From Geosiphon pyriformis uo1 (lineage: Eukaryota > Fungi > Glomeromycota): a stretch of DNA of 64,000 nucleotides. A program made the translations under genes and the position numbers. The notes under the pieces are model-generated. The model did not search any database, was not told the DNA's origin, and saw nothing but the letters and a program-made list of their open reading frames with translations. The stretch covers positions 572,038-636,037 of the forward strand of contig JAAOMT010000706.1 in the NCBI GenBank assembly GCA_016748015.1, read 5' to 3'. Shown here piece after piece: positions 1 to 11,400 of the stretch; the stretch's first letter is position 1; each line of letters begins with the position of its first letter.

Positions 1-3000
1 TTGAAGTGAATTCACAGTAGAGGGCAATTTTTGGGAAATTTAGAATTTCTTGTGGTGTTGACGTGTTTTCTAGCTCCGTTCCGAGGTATCCAATGATGGT
101 ATCTTCCAGAATGTAGACAGGTTCTTCTGTGGTGTTTGTGATAGGAATTTTTATCCATTGAGCTTTATTAGCTGGAATAAAAAGGTTAGTAAGTCCTATG
201 AGAAACTGTTGGCAAGTTTCTGGGTAGGGCTCAAATATTAGGTCTTTTTTTTTAATTGTCTTTTTTATTCTTATTTCTGATTTTCCATATGGTAGGAGTG
301 TGATGGACTGCTCATTTTTAATTACTTCGCCTTTTTCCTCTATTGTTTCAGCAAAATTCGCTTCAATTCCTTTTTCTGTTGATCCGAAACCAAAAGTTCC
401 TCTCGTTGTTTGTGACAATTCCTCATGATTTTCCACTGGCATGAATTTCCCAATTTTTACCAATGGTAGGAAAATTNNNNNNNNNNNNNNNNNNNNTTTT
501 ATTCTTATTTCTGATTTTCCATATGGTAGGAGTGTGATGGACTGCTCATTTTTAATTACTTCGCCTTTTTCCTCTATTGTTTCAGCAAAATTCGCTTCAA
601 TTCCTTTTTCTGTTGATCCGAAACCAAAAGTTCCTCTCGTTGTTTGTGACAATTCCTCATGATTTTCCACTGGCATGAATTTCCCAATTTTTACCAATGG
701 TAGGAAAATTGCTTGTGCAATCTTTTCCTTAGATTCAATGGTATAAGGCTTTTCTGAATTGTTCTGTAGCAAAACCATCAAATTTCCAGTGTATCCAGAG
801 TCAATTACTCCTTCTTGAACGCTTATTCCTTTTTTCGCGAGGCTTGATCGTGACGCCATTTGAACCATTATTCCTGGCGGAATTTCAACTGCTATTTTTA
901 GGTCAATTTTGGTGATGCTCCTGGGTGGTAACGTTGTGGATTGGTCTTCTAGATAACATAGATCGAATCTGGCGTCAGTTGGATGGGCTCTTTCGGGTAT
1001 TATTCCTAAGTGCCCGTTGTCGAAGTATCGGATGTCGGTCACCTGTTCTATGTCGGTATAGGCTACAAATTTTTCTGACTTGGGACCGTCAAGTGAGTTT
1101 TGTTGATTTATTGATTGATTTTGAGACTGCTGATTCTCAATTTCCATTTTTCTTTCTAAGTTCCTTTTGTCTTGACACTCTTCACAGCACTGATTTTGGC
1201 ACGGGATGAGACAGTTTTCGCAGAGGTAAGTGTTGATTTGGGCGAGGTATTGTTCTTGCTCTTGTCGAGTGGGGCATAGTTGTTGGTAGTAGTCCTGGAA
1301 TTCGTCCACTGGGTCGAACATGTTGTAGCTGGCGACTTCGTTGGCTACTTCAGCTGACTCTTTCCAACATCGTATTTCTTCGGTGGTTCCTCCTCTTACT
1401 TTGACTTGTGCGGTGTTGTACAACTTGTCCTCATCATGTGGGTAGTGCTGTAGTCTTTTTAACACTCTGTTGAACGCTGCTTTGAATGGCATTCCTCCTC
1501 TTACCCAGTCACAGATGAGGATCGTGTATTGGCAAGTTGCATCACACGTTCCTCCTCTGCCTGGTAAGTCATTCCAGTCGCACCCTCTTGGTAACGGTTC
1601 TCCACAAGCAAGGCATGGTTCCTCGTCCCATTTTCCGTGTCTTTCTGGGTAACCGTATTTTTCTTTGTTACAATGGTTACAATAGTAGTGGGTGGGATTT
1701 CTTGGGTCTTTGTCTGGTGCGCTGCACGCAGTCATAGACGAGAGTTTTTTCTTGCAAACTGAGCATTCTAGCTTTGGTCTGCGTCGCTGGTGGTTTCTTT
1801 GTGAACTTACCTGGTTCCATTCGGATCTTTCTTTGCTGGTCCACATTGGTACGGCTGGTAGTCCTGTTCTTTGGTTATCAGCCCAAGAGAGCTGATAGGT
1901 TTCAATGGCTGGTAGTGCTAGATTTTCCTCAAATTCGAAGATAGGTTTTTGGTTGGCGCTGGGTTTTTGGAAGTGGCCACAGGTGGCTGGAATTTTGGCC
2001 TGGTGGCCATTATAATTGATCAGAAGCTCTTGGGTGGTCCAGTCTAGGGTGGCGTTGGCTTTTGTTAGCCAGTCATTCTCTACTAACGCTTGATATTGTG
2101 TAGTGTCCATTACTAATACTTTTGTAAGTATTACTATGCCGTTAATTTCGAAAGGGAATGAGTTGATTTCGCCATAAGGCAGCTTTGTACTTCCATCGGC
2201 TGTTATGATTTGGGACGTCGCGGCATGATCAACTTTGAAACCCAGTTGGTTTATTAGTTGAAGCATTACGATGCTTCCAGTGGATCCGCTGTCTAAGATA
2301 AGTTTGATTGGGGTATTGTTTACAATGGCTTCTGTATACATAGCAGTGATTGGGCGTTTTTCGTCCAATGCTGCTCCACTGAACATAGCCTCGTTTTCCT
2401 CTAATTCAAAAGGAAAAATAGCTGCGAGGCTGCTATCTTTGGTGGCAACTGCTGGTGGTATTGTCTGGCTCAATTTGGAGGAATTCTTGGTTCTGTTTAT
2501 GTTTCTACCATCATTGTTTCCGATGATCAGGTTTTCCGGTATATTAAGGTAAGTTTGTTGATAATTTTGGTAGTTTGGATTGGTTTGCTGATTGGTTCCA
2601 GCGCGGTTTGGATTCCTCTGGACCAACGCGTTCTGGTTCCACATAGGCTGATTTCGGGCCTCGGGACGCCAATTCGGGTTGGCTATCATGGGCTGTTGCT
2701 GGTAAGCTCCTTGATTTTGATACGTGGTGGGATATTGGCATGGTATTGGCATGTACTGGTTTCTGGGCATTTGGGGTGGCACGTAGTAATTCTTTTCGCG
2801 TGTTTCCTGCATCATTTGCATTCGACATTGACTAATCAAATGTCCTACGTGTTTGCAAAAATGGCAGGTGCATGTTTCTGTTCTGAATTCCTGGCATGAC
2901 GAGCAATTATTTCAACTGTCGCTGACTTCCTGGCTGCGTCTTTGGGGTGGTTGGTATGTATTTTTTCTCGGATCCGGGATGAGGTAACTTTCTATTTTCT

Positions 3001-3955
3001 TAGAAAGTTCCTCCCCTAATTGCGTTACTCTTTTCTCTAATGTTTCTGTCTTATTTTCCTCCATTACCATGTTAACCATTTGACTATGGTTAGCTTCTTT
3101 CNNNNNNNNNNNNNNNNNNNNNNNNNNNNNNNNNNNNNNNNNNNNNNNNNNCTGTGCCTTTCAGGAAGAAAGGTAATGTTTGAATTGCTCTTTGGTCGTT
3201 CCAGTTATTTGTCTGGATGGCTTTTTGTGCTTCTCTGAGCCATGTGTACACGTCCATTTCTTCTTCCTCTCCTGAGAAATCTGTTAGTCTTGCAATGTAT
3301 GGTGTGGTCATTTCGTTGCTGTTTTCTGCTGGTGGGTTTATTGGTCTAAGAGGAGGTGGGATGATATTTCCTTGAGCGTTCCTAAAGGTGGCTTCTCTTA
3401 TATCTGGTTCTTCCTCTTGATCACGAGTTTCTTGGTTTCTGGACTGGCTGCTTGTTCCAGTGACTGGTCTTGTGATTGTTTTTTTGCTGGTCTCTTTTTC
3501 GGATTCTGATTTAGACTCCTCTTCACGGTTTTCAAACCCCGTTCTAAATTTTGGCTGAAAAAGAGGGTTTTGGAATAGTGATGAATATCCTCCTGTAATT
3601 GGTATGTCNNNNNNNNNNNNNNNNNNNNNNNNNNNNNNNNNNNNNNNNNNNNNNNNNNTATTGGAAAATTTTTGTTGGCGTATTGCTCAATTTCTCGATG
3701 GATTTTGACAATAGTTGCGGCTATTACTGCTACTTCTTTTGTAGTGTATTGTGATAATTTTCTATACAATCTAAGTTTTGCGTCGTGTGGTTCTTCTTCC
3801 TTTTCTATATGATAATTTATTCTGGCATTGATATAATAAGTGAGGGCAGATTCTGCTGGACAACACCCTTCTGGTAATCCAAGATCACTCTGATTTTGTG
3901 TGTAAATAGCACAGCAGAATTCAAGAACAGTAAGATTAGGAGTTTTTGTCACCAC
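1..3955 (-). pseudogene. gag-protease-Cys-rich-dUTPase part of family B polyprotein (frameshifted)
   Basis: ORF pieces 3955-3398 and 3311-3090 plus hand translation of 2350-1; frameshifts near 2312 and 1750. Confidence 0.85.
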
Positions 3956-4017
3956 TTTTGTCTTTTCCTTTTTAGCAATGAATTATTGCTAATTATTATT
4001 TCCTTTTTGATTTTTTT

Positions 4018-4035
4018 TCTTCGTAGGGTTTACCA
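4018..4035 (-). promoter_or_regulatory. primer binding site of family B
   Basis: TGGTAAACCCTACGAAGA directly after LTR end ...GTAACA-TT; resembles a tRNA-Ile-type PBS with G>A changes (tRNA identity is inference). Confidence 0.6.
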
Positions 4036-4037
4036 AA

Positions 4038-4442
4038 TGTTACGGGATGGTTTTCTTGTTATATTTAATTGCTGATATCCCGCTTTAATTGCAATCAGTC
4101 TTTCGTGAGTTCCTCAATTCTATTTGTGTGATAATGTCATTGTTACACTGAAGGCTTTCTTTTTACTGTTGCGATGTAAGTTATTCTTTAATTTTTGATT
4201 GTTGTGTGTGTTTATGTACTCCTTCTCAGAGGCTGAACTGAAATCTACCCACTGTATGGGGNNNNNNNNNNNNNNNNNNNNNNNNNNNNNNNNNNNNNNN
4301 NNNNNNNNNNNGCCACTATCGCGAGATGGTGTTTGCTACTATGTTAATCATTACCTTTCTAAGATTATTACTGTGCTATATTATGATTGAATAGTTTGTA
4401 TTATTTTTATGATTCTTTTTGCTAAATTCTTAAACCATAACA
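4038..4442 (-). repeat. 5' LTR of family B
   Basis: Termini on plus strand TGTTACGG (4038) and CCATAACA (4435-4442, CpG-decayed inverted repeat); family A sequence resumes exactly at 4443; contains an N gap. Confidence 0.75.
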
Positions 4443-5095
4443 ACGCGACAGGAAATATCAGAAAAATAGAAATTACAGACAACATTCACTCACTAGCACA
4501 ACAACTCTTTCAATTAATCCAACACCAGGAAATGGAGATTACAATCAATCAACAAACCATTAGATATCAAGATACTAGAAAAACATTTCAACTCAGAACA
4601 CAGAAGAAAACTGAAAATACTGTGGACAAAATCATGGCGAAAGTAAAATTAGCAATAAAAAAATTGACAAAAGAGTCACTATACTAAGAGTTGACTAAAG
4701 AAACTTGGAATTGGTAGATACAACAATTTCCACAAAACTATTGTTATTTTTACTTGGGACAACATGTAAATATCCAGAATCTATATACGGATAAAACAAA
4801 GTGATTATTTGACAAAAGAATACTACAACAATTAGAACATTTTGTGGGAAAGAACAACTTATTCACACAAGCCTGAGCCATATACCGAATACACACAGCA
4901 TTTCAGGATAAACCAGAAATATTGCTCAACAGAGCAATGGATATGGTGACTAGTAATCAATTGGGAAAAATTACCAATGCTCAATTTGAAGAATTACAGA
5001 CCCAAATAACACAAGTAATTCTTGAAAATGAAATCCAGGAAATACTTCAAGAGAGAGAATTACATGAGTTAGATTTCGACGGAGCTCAATATTAA
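4443..5095 (+). pseudogene. family A 3' additional ORF (~217 codons, unknown function)
   Basis: Single frame from 4445 to TAA 5093-5095 with 4 internal stops of TAA/TAG/TGA type; collinear with 50645-51313. Confidence 0.75.
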
Positions 5096-5109
5096 AAAGG
5101 AGGGAATAA

Positions 5110-5738
5110 TGTTACTTATAGAAATATAAGAAATATATTAGCATAATTATTAGTCAATCAGAAGTAAGTGTAGTAAATGTGGAATTCCAGGATTCCTCTT
5201 AAGAATTGCAGAATTCCAGGAATTTCAGGATTCCCAATGAGGAATTGCAGAATTCTAGAATTCCAGGATTCCTCTCAAAGGAATTGCAGGATTCCAGAAA
5301 TTCTAGGATTCCTGTCATGAAGAATCGAGGAATTGAGAAATCTCAATTATGTATATATAGCAATAGTGTTAGAAACAGAAAAGACAGAATCGATACCACA
5401 GAATCCTTAGCCAAAAAACCAATCATCAAATAAATAATTATTCCATATTGCAATTCACTATTCACTATCAACACTTTATGTTGATAATAATTGCTACTTA
5501 ACCATGCTGGAACAATAGCTCTTGATTATGGCTATTAACAGGATACTAACTTATAAACATCTTGGCTTAATTTTCTTTATCTTCTCTTTATTTTTTTATT
5601 TTTATTTTTTTGTTTTGTTTACTAATTGATTAAGAATTAAGTGCTGAATTATTGACATCAAGAATTGCCTGGTAAAAAACCCCTGCAAGTGAGTAAAACA
5701 CATAAAAAATTATGGATTATTTACCAGAAGATTGCCAG
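5110..5738 (+). repeat. family A LTR, 3'-truncated copy
   Basis: Starts TGTTAC after PPT; GAATTCCAGG repeats and TATATATAG; ends abruptly where a second LTR begins. Confidence 0.8.
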
Positions 5739-6632
5739 TGTTACTCATAGAAATATTGGGAATATATATTAGCATAGTTATTAGCCAATCAGAAGTAGAC
5801 GTTGTAAAATGTGGAATTCCAGGATTCCTCTCAGGAATTGCAGAATTCCAGGAATTTCAGGATTCCCAATGAGGAATTGCAGAATTCTAGAATTCCAGGA
5901 TTCCTCTCAAAGGAATTGCAGGATTCCAGAAATTCTAGGATTCCTGTCATGAAGAATCGAGGAATTGAGAAATCTCAATTATGTATATATAGCAATAGTG
6001 TTAGAAACAGAAAAGACAGAATCGATACCACAGAATCCTTAGCCAAAAAACCAATCATCAAATAAATAATTATTCCATATTGCAATTCACTATTCACTAT
6101 CAACACTTTATGTTGATAATAATTGCTACTTAACCATGCTGGAACAATAGCTCTTGATCATGGCTATTAATGAGATACTAATGGACCAAATTGTCTTGGC
6201 TTATTTTCTTTATTTTTTTATTTTTATTTTTTTTATTTTATTTCCTTTCTTTCTTTGATTTTGTTGTTGTATACTAATTGATTAAAAGATTAAGCACTGA
6301 GTTATTGACATCAAGAATAGCCTGGTAAAAGACCTAAAAATAAGGGTAGGATTTTATATATATTATCAGATAGCTTACCAGAAAGGCACGACTGCCAGAC
6401 TAAATCTGGCCACCACATTAAAAAAGAAATTGGGAAAACCACTTGAGGATACAACCACTATCAACCTTATTGAATCTCTGTTCATTATACAAAGAACTCC
6501 ATAACAAAACCTTCAGATCAACCAAAACCTTCAGATATCATACCTTCTACACATCATCCACAAAAGTAGTTTTTGAACACCAAGTTATGGATTTGTTATT
6601 CAATTTCACAACAGAAATAATCATCTGTAACA
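5739..6632 (+). repeat. family A LTR, complete copy
   Basis: TGTTACTCATAG...CATCTGTAACA; homologous to 42122-42918 and 51328-52177. Confidence 0.9.
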
Positions 6633-6963
6633 ATGTCAGAAAAAGGCCAACAAGTAATCTTTTATCCTAAAATGTTCGGATACTTAAAGGTAAGGAAAAG
6701 AAAATTAGTGATAAGAGAGTAATTGAGATGAAAGTTGTTATTTTTATTTATTTGATTCTTGTCTGAGAGATGATTTTCTACAGCTAAGAAACTCATCACT
6801 TATATAGCTATTGAAAGTGGTCAACGACCAAGTCAATAATCAGGTCAATGGTCAGGTCATTGATCAGGTCAATAATCACTATCTAAAAATAGAGTGGCAA
6901 ATTATGACATCAGTGGCTAATACATGTAATAACTAATAAAAATTATGGGTTTCAACTGTAACA
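6633..6963 (-). repeat. partial LTR of another family (C), U3 end, interrupted by family A
   Basis: Ends CTGTAACA at 6956-6963; ~12-bp CAGGTCAAT repeats 6818-6878; TATA-like CTATATAAG on minus strand ~6799-6807. Confidence 0.6.
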
Positions 6964-7811
6964 ATATGATTTCTCAGATTGGTGGTCAAACATGTTTCAT
7001 CTTTTGTTCTTCTGATTCTGGTTATCATTTCCAGTTTGCTTTGGTTACATTTGACTCTCAAGGCGATTTGGATTCTGCTGTAATCAAGACTGGTATTCTA
7101 AGAAAATGCTGTATCTGGTGGGAAACTCCTGGCTGCCGGCACTGCTTTAGGTGTCAAGAAATGAGCCATCTGGCTGTGAATTGCAAAATTTTCTCACCTT
7201 CTACTCCCAAGATTTCCAAGATTTTCAAGTCTCATTTTGTGGGTTCTGCTTCATATGCTGAGACTGCTGCTTCTTCTGGTCTTTCTGAGTTTCCTTCTTT
7301 AGTGGCTCTTTCGGCGCCTTCTGCTGCTGATCCTGCTGTTGGTTCCAGATTGAACTCTTTGGAAAAGCAGATTTCGGATTTGGCTGCTCTGGTTAAGTCT
7401 ATTGTTGAGTCTGTTGGTTCTTTGGTTGCTTTGATGTCTTGTCTTCTTAATGATAATGCTGTTAAAGCTGTTCAGGTCGAGAAAGATATCATTTCTATGA
7501 AGAGTGCTGCTAACAATTTTGCTAATCTTATGGTTGGAGTTTCTAAGAATATTGCTTGTCTTAGATCTGAAATTGACTTTGGTGGTATGGATTATGATGG
7601 TGTACTGGCTGCTAAGCCCTTCTTTTTAAGTGAGGACACTGTTGAGTGTGTTATTGCTTTGTGGCGGATGTCTGGTGCTAAAACCAGGAGCAATATTGAA
7701 TTTACTAGATTGTTTCTTAGTAAGTTTATTTTTGACTCTAGGAATCTGAATGGTATCATTGAGATAATTTGTGGGTTGGGGTTATTCTCACCTACTTTTG
7801 ATTCAGCATAG
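6964..7811 (+). CDS. LINE ORF1-like nucleic-acid-binding protein, C-terminal ~280 aa (5' end interrupted by LTR C)
   Basis: Open frame; CCHC zinc knuckle; aligns by eye with ORF1 at 29960-30500; the first codons of the 6945 ORF call come from the LTR. Confidence 0.7.
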
Positions 7812-7950
7812 TGTGTTCTTAATTGGGTTAAGTGTCTGATCACATGTAGAAAATACATGATTTACGCCTATAATGTAATCCCTTTTGTGGTATTATAGTT
7901 TTAAGTTGTATTTGGGTCTCGCTTATTAAATAATATAAAAAAAAAAAAAA
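6964..7950 (+). mobile_element. non-autonomous ORF1-only (HAL1-like) non-LTR retroelement, 3' part
   Basis: ORF homologous to LINE ORF1 (GGQTCFI, CFRCQEMSHLAVNC knuckle, RLNSLEKQISDL coiled coil) followed directly by a LINE-type 3' UTR and poly(A) 7937-7950; no endonuclease/RT. Confidence 0.65.
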
Positions 7951-10900
7951 CTGCTAAAATAAAATAATTAATTTGGTATTTAAGCTAAATTTTTTGTCTT
8001 TGTTTGCTTTTTGGTTGTTTTTTTTTTGGATTTTAGATTTGATTTAGTTTTTTAAATAATATTTTTTTTTATTTTTTTTAATAAAATTAATGGTTTTTTT
8101 AAAACTTTGGTATATTTAACATTTTTGTTTTGAAATTAAGTAGTTTAAAAACCAAAATAATTAAGCTTATAAACTTTTTTAACATTGTTTTATTAAGATT
8201 AAATGTTTTATGTATTAATAATAATATTTATATTTCTTTTTTTAATAACTGATTTAATTTAAAAAATTATTATATATAATATTAAAAATATAAACAATTA
8301 TATAAAACAAAAAAATATTTTTAAATAACATAAAACTTTGAAGAATATAATTTTAATAATAACAAAAACTAATTTAAAAAATAAATTTAAATTATTTAAA
8401 TTCTAAAATTATAGTTATTGTTATTATTATTATTATTACTAAATATATAAATAAAATTTTATAATAACTAGTCAACTTTTATTAATCTGTTTATTATTTA
8501 GAATTTAGTTTTTAGTTATGATTTTAGAATTATATATTAAGATTTTTTTTAAAAAAAATTAACTTAAATACATAATATAAATTTTATAATAGCTAAAATT
8601 TTAAATTTAAAGTTAATTAAAAAAATTTTATTGTAAAAAATTAAATCAAAAAACATATAATACTTAACAAAAATTTTTAATAATAAAAACCATATAGTTT
8701 TTTTATTTATGTAAATTTTAAAGTTTTTGATAATATTATAATAAAAAATAATTTAAATAAATTTATGACTATAATTAATTGTTTTTTAAGCAAAAAACTG
8801 TAAACATATTTTTGTATTTTTAATAAAATATGAAAAAATTACAATAAATTTGTTTTAAGTTTGTTATTAAAGTTATTAAATATATGTTTATTAATAAACA
8901 AAGTTTTTAATATTTAGTATAAAGCTTAAATATTGATAATTTTTAAGCAATACAAATAAGATGTTTTAATTAAAATTACAAAAAAATTCTTTTAAAGATT
9001 TTATTTAACTATATTTTTGATATTTATAATAAATTAAATTTTTTGTGTAAAAACAATTTTTTAGTTCTAAAAAATATTTTAAATCAATTGTTTGTTTTTG
9101 TAGTTAAATCTATAATCAAAAATATTTAAAAAAAAACAAAAAAATTTGATTAATATTACAAAATATGTACAAAGCATATAATTTGTAAATTAACTGTATT
9201 TAATAAACAGTTTATACAAAATTAATATATAATAAATTTTTAATTTCTTTAAATATTTGTATAAATAACTATATTAACAAAATTATAATAAATTTTAGTT
9301 TATTTATAAGTTATACAGGTTATAATAATTTAAAATATGATTTTTTTTTAAAAAAAATTTTATAATTTATTTTTGTATAAGATAAAAAAACATAAAAACA
9401 TGTTTAAATATTAAGTAGACTTTAGATTTGTAATAAAAAACTGGTAGAATTAAATTAAAGACAAATTTATATTTATATTTAACTAAAAATATTTTTGTAA
9501 ATAACATAATTTAAATTAAAAATAATTATACAGTAATACAAAACATTTTGAATATTTTTAGTAAATTTTTTAAAATTAATAATATCATTATAATATAAAA
9601 AAAATAATAGCTATACTAATTAATCTTAAAATTAAAAATATTAACTTAAGTATTAATGGTTTTTGTATTTTAATTGTTAAAATAAATAAATTTAATTACT
9701 ATTTAAGCATATTTTTATCAATGAAAAAATTTTTTAATTTTAATTTAAAGACTTATTTATATGTAAAAATTTTTATTAATATAATTTTACAGAAAAATTG
9801 TTTTTAATAAAACAGTTTTTGTACTTGGTTTAACAATTATACAGTTATAAAACTCAATTTAATTTGTTTTTAAGAATATTTGCAAAAAATAAAATTGTTT
9901 AATTAGAAAAGTTTAAAGTTTAAAACTAATTTATTTAAAAAAATTTTATTTAAGATTATTTATTATTATTATTATATAACTTAAAGTCTTTTAAACAAAT
10001 TTAAGCTAAAAAAAAGTAACTTAAATCATAATTTTTTTTATTAATTAACGAGTAAAGCTTAACTGCTATCTAGTACATAGAACCAGACTAAGTAACTCAA
10101 ACTAAATACGGCTTACACTCTTACTACATGTGGCTAGCCACCATAATTTTGTCGAAAATTCTTGGCTGGTTTTTTAAATACAAATAATTGAGTTTACAAA
10201 TTTTATATTAAATATACTAAAAATAATAATTAATTTCTTAAATAATTTTTTTGTAAATATTATAAATATTTTTTTGGATTGTAATATAAATTTGGATAAT
10301 AATAAGTTAAATATATTTTTATTTTAAAATAATTATAATAAATATATTAAAACATTTAAAGTATTTTAGAATTATTAAATTTCTTAAGCATTTTGAAATT
10401 GGTTTTGCTAATTAATTTTTAAATAGTCATAATATTTGCTTTATATAAAAAAATTTCTGTTATTAAAAGCACTTGAATTTAATAAATGTGGTGTTTTTTT
10501 TGGTTTTTACATATATTAAGTTTTATTTTGGATGATAATTCTGTTAAATCTTAGTTATTTTTATCAAAAAATTTATTTAAACAGAATATACAAAGTTTAA
10601 GTAATTATAATATTATATTTTTAAGTTTTAAAAAGACTTGTTTACTTAAAATTTTAATATTTATTGATAGTTTAATTAAAAATATTGGTTTTTTAGTGTT
10701 ATAAAAAGAACTATAACTTATTTTTTAGATTTAAATTTAAGTATTAATATAAAAGTTCATAATTTATTATTATTTACTTTGGCTGAATTATAGATTATAA
10801 TATGAGCTTTTGAATATATTTTAATATTAAGCTAAATAATTATTAGTTCAAATAATTAGCTATTTTTGAATTTAATTACTTTTAATTTTTACAATAATTA

Positions 10901-11400
10901 TTAATTAAATATTAATATATATATAAAAAGTCAAATAACAAAAATATTTTTGTTAAATATTTAAAATTAAGAAGCATTTTGGTATTTTAAACAACAAATA
11001 TACTAATGTTAACAAATAAAGTAATTTTTTAAATTTAGTGTTTTTAGTTAGCATAAAAAAATATTTAGTAGCAAAGTTATTTTAAATAATAAAATTAGAT
11101 ATATTAATTCATAAAAAATATTAATTAGTACTGTGTTTTTATATGATTTTTTAATTAATTAACAAAATTATAACTAGTTTATACATAAATAATTGTTAAT
11201 AATAATAATAAGACAATTGTGCAGTATAATCTATTTAAGTGTTTTATGTATTTAATATAGTTAAATAAATATTTTAGATTATAGTTTTATATGTAATAAA
11301 AATTTTTTTACTTATAAATATCTATTAAATAAGTATTATTTTTTTTAAAAAATTCAAATTCAAAGCTAATATACATAGAATATTTTGAATGTTCTAATAA
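7951..11400. other. extremely AT-rich block, probably hypermutated TE relic
   Basis: Almost no G/C, CpG essentially absent outside the small LINE tail and its immediate flank; not simple satellite. Confidence 0.6.
10036..10141 (-). mobile_element. 106-bp 5'-truncated LINE insertion (3' tail only)
   Basis: Reverse complement matches 35534-35640 (GTGGCTAGCCACATGTAG...TATGTACTAGATAG...ACTCGTTAA) with A tail; 9-bp TSD CATAATTTT at 10027-10035 and 10142-10150. Confidence 0.9.

Larger units (their letters stand above)
1..4442 (-). mobile_element. Ty3/Gypsy LTR retrotransposon, family B (5' LTR to dUTPase region; continues past the left window edge)
   Basis: Minus strand: 5' LTR 4442-4038, PBS, gag (PYIARLTDFSGEE...WLREAQKAI), protease (LILDSGSTGSI ~2270-2310), Cys-rich block, dUTPase (SRSSLAKKG, GVIDSGYTG, RGTFGFGST ~610-1000). 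Retains many CpG, so less decayed than neighbours. Several N gaps. Confidence 0.9.
4443..6632 (+). mobile_element. 3' remnant of Ty3/Gypsy family A (extra ORF, PPT, two tandem LTRs)
   Basis: Homologous to 50652-52177; PPT AAAAAGGAGGGAA at 5094-5106 before TGTTAC at 5110. Confidence 0.9.

Noticed and set aside
265-709. ~210-bp direct duplication within the family B dUTPase region
   Set aside because: Identical copies flank a 20-N gap; typical scaffolding overlap artefact
5206-6065. Duplicated 75/84-aa ORFs (QNSRNFRIP...)
   Set aside because: Chance frames through LTR U3 repeats; not preserved in the other family A LTRs
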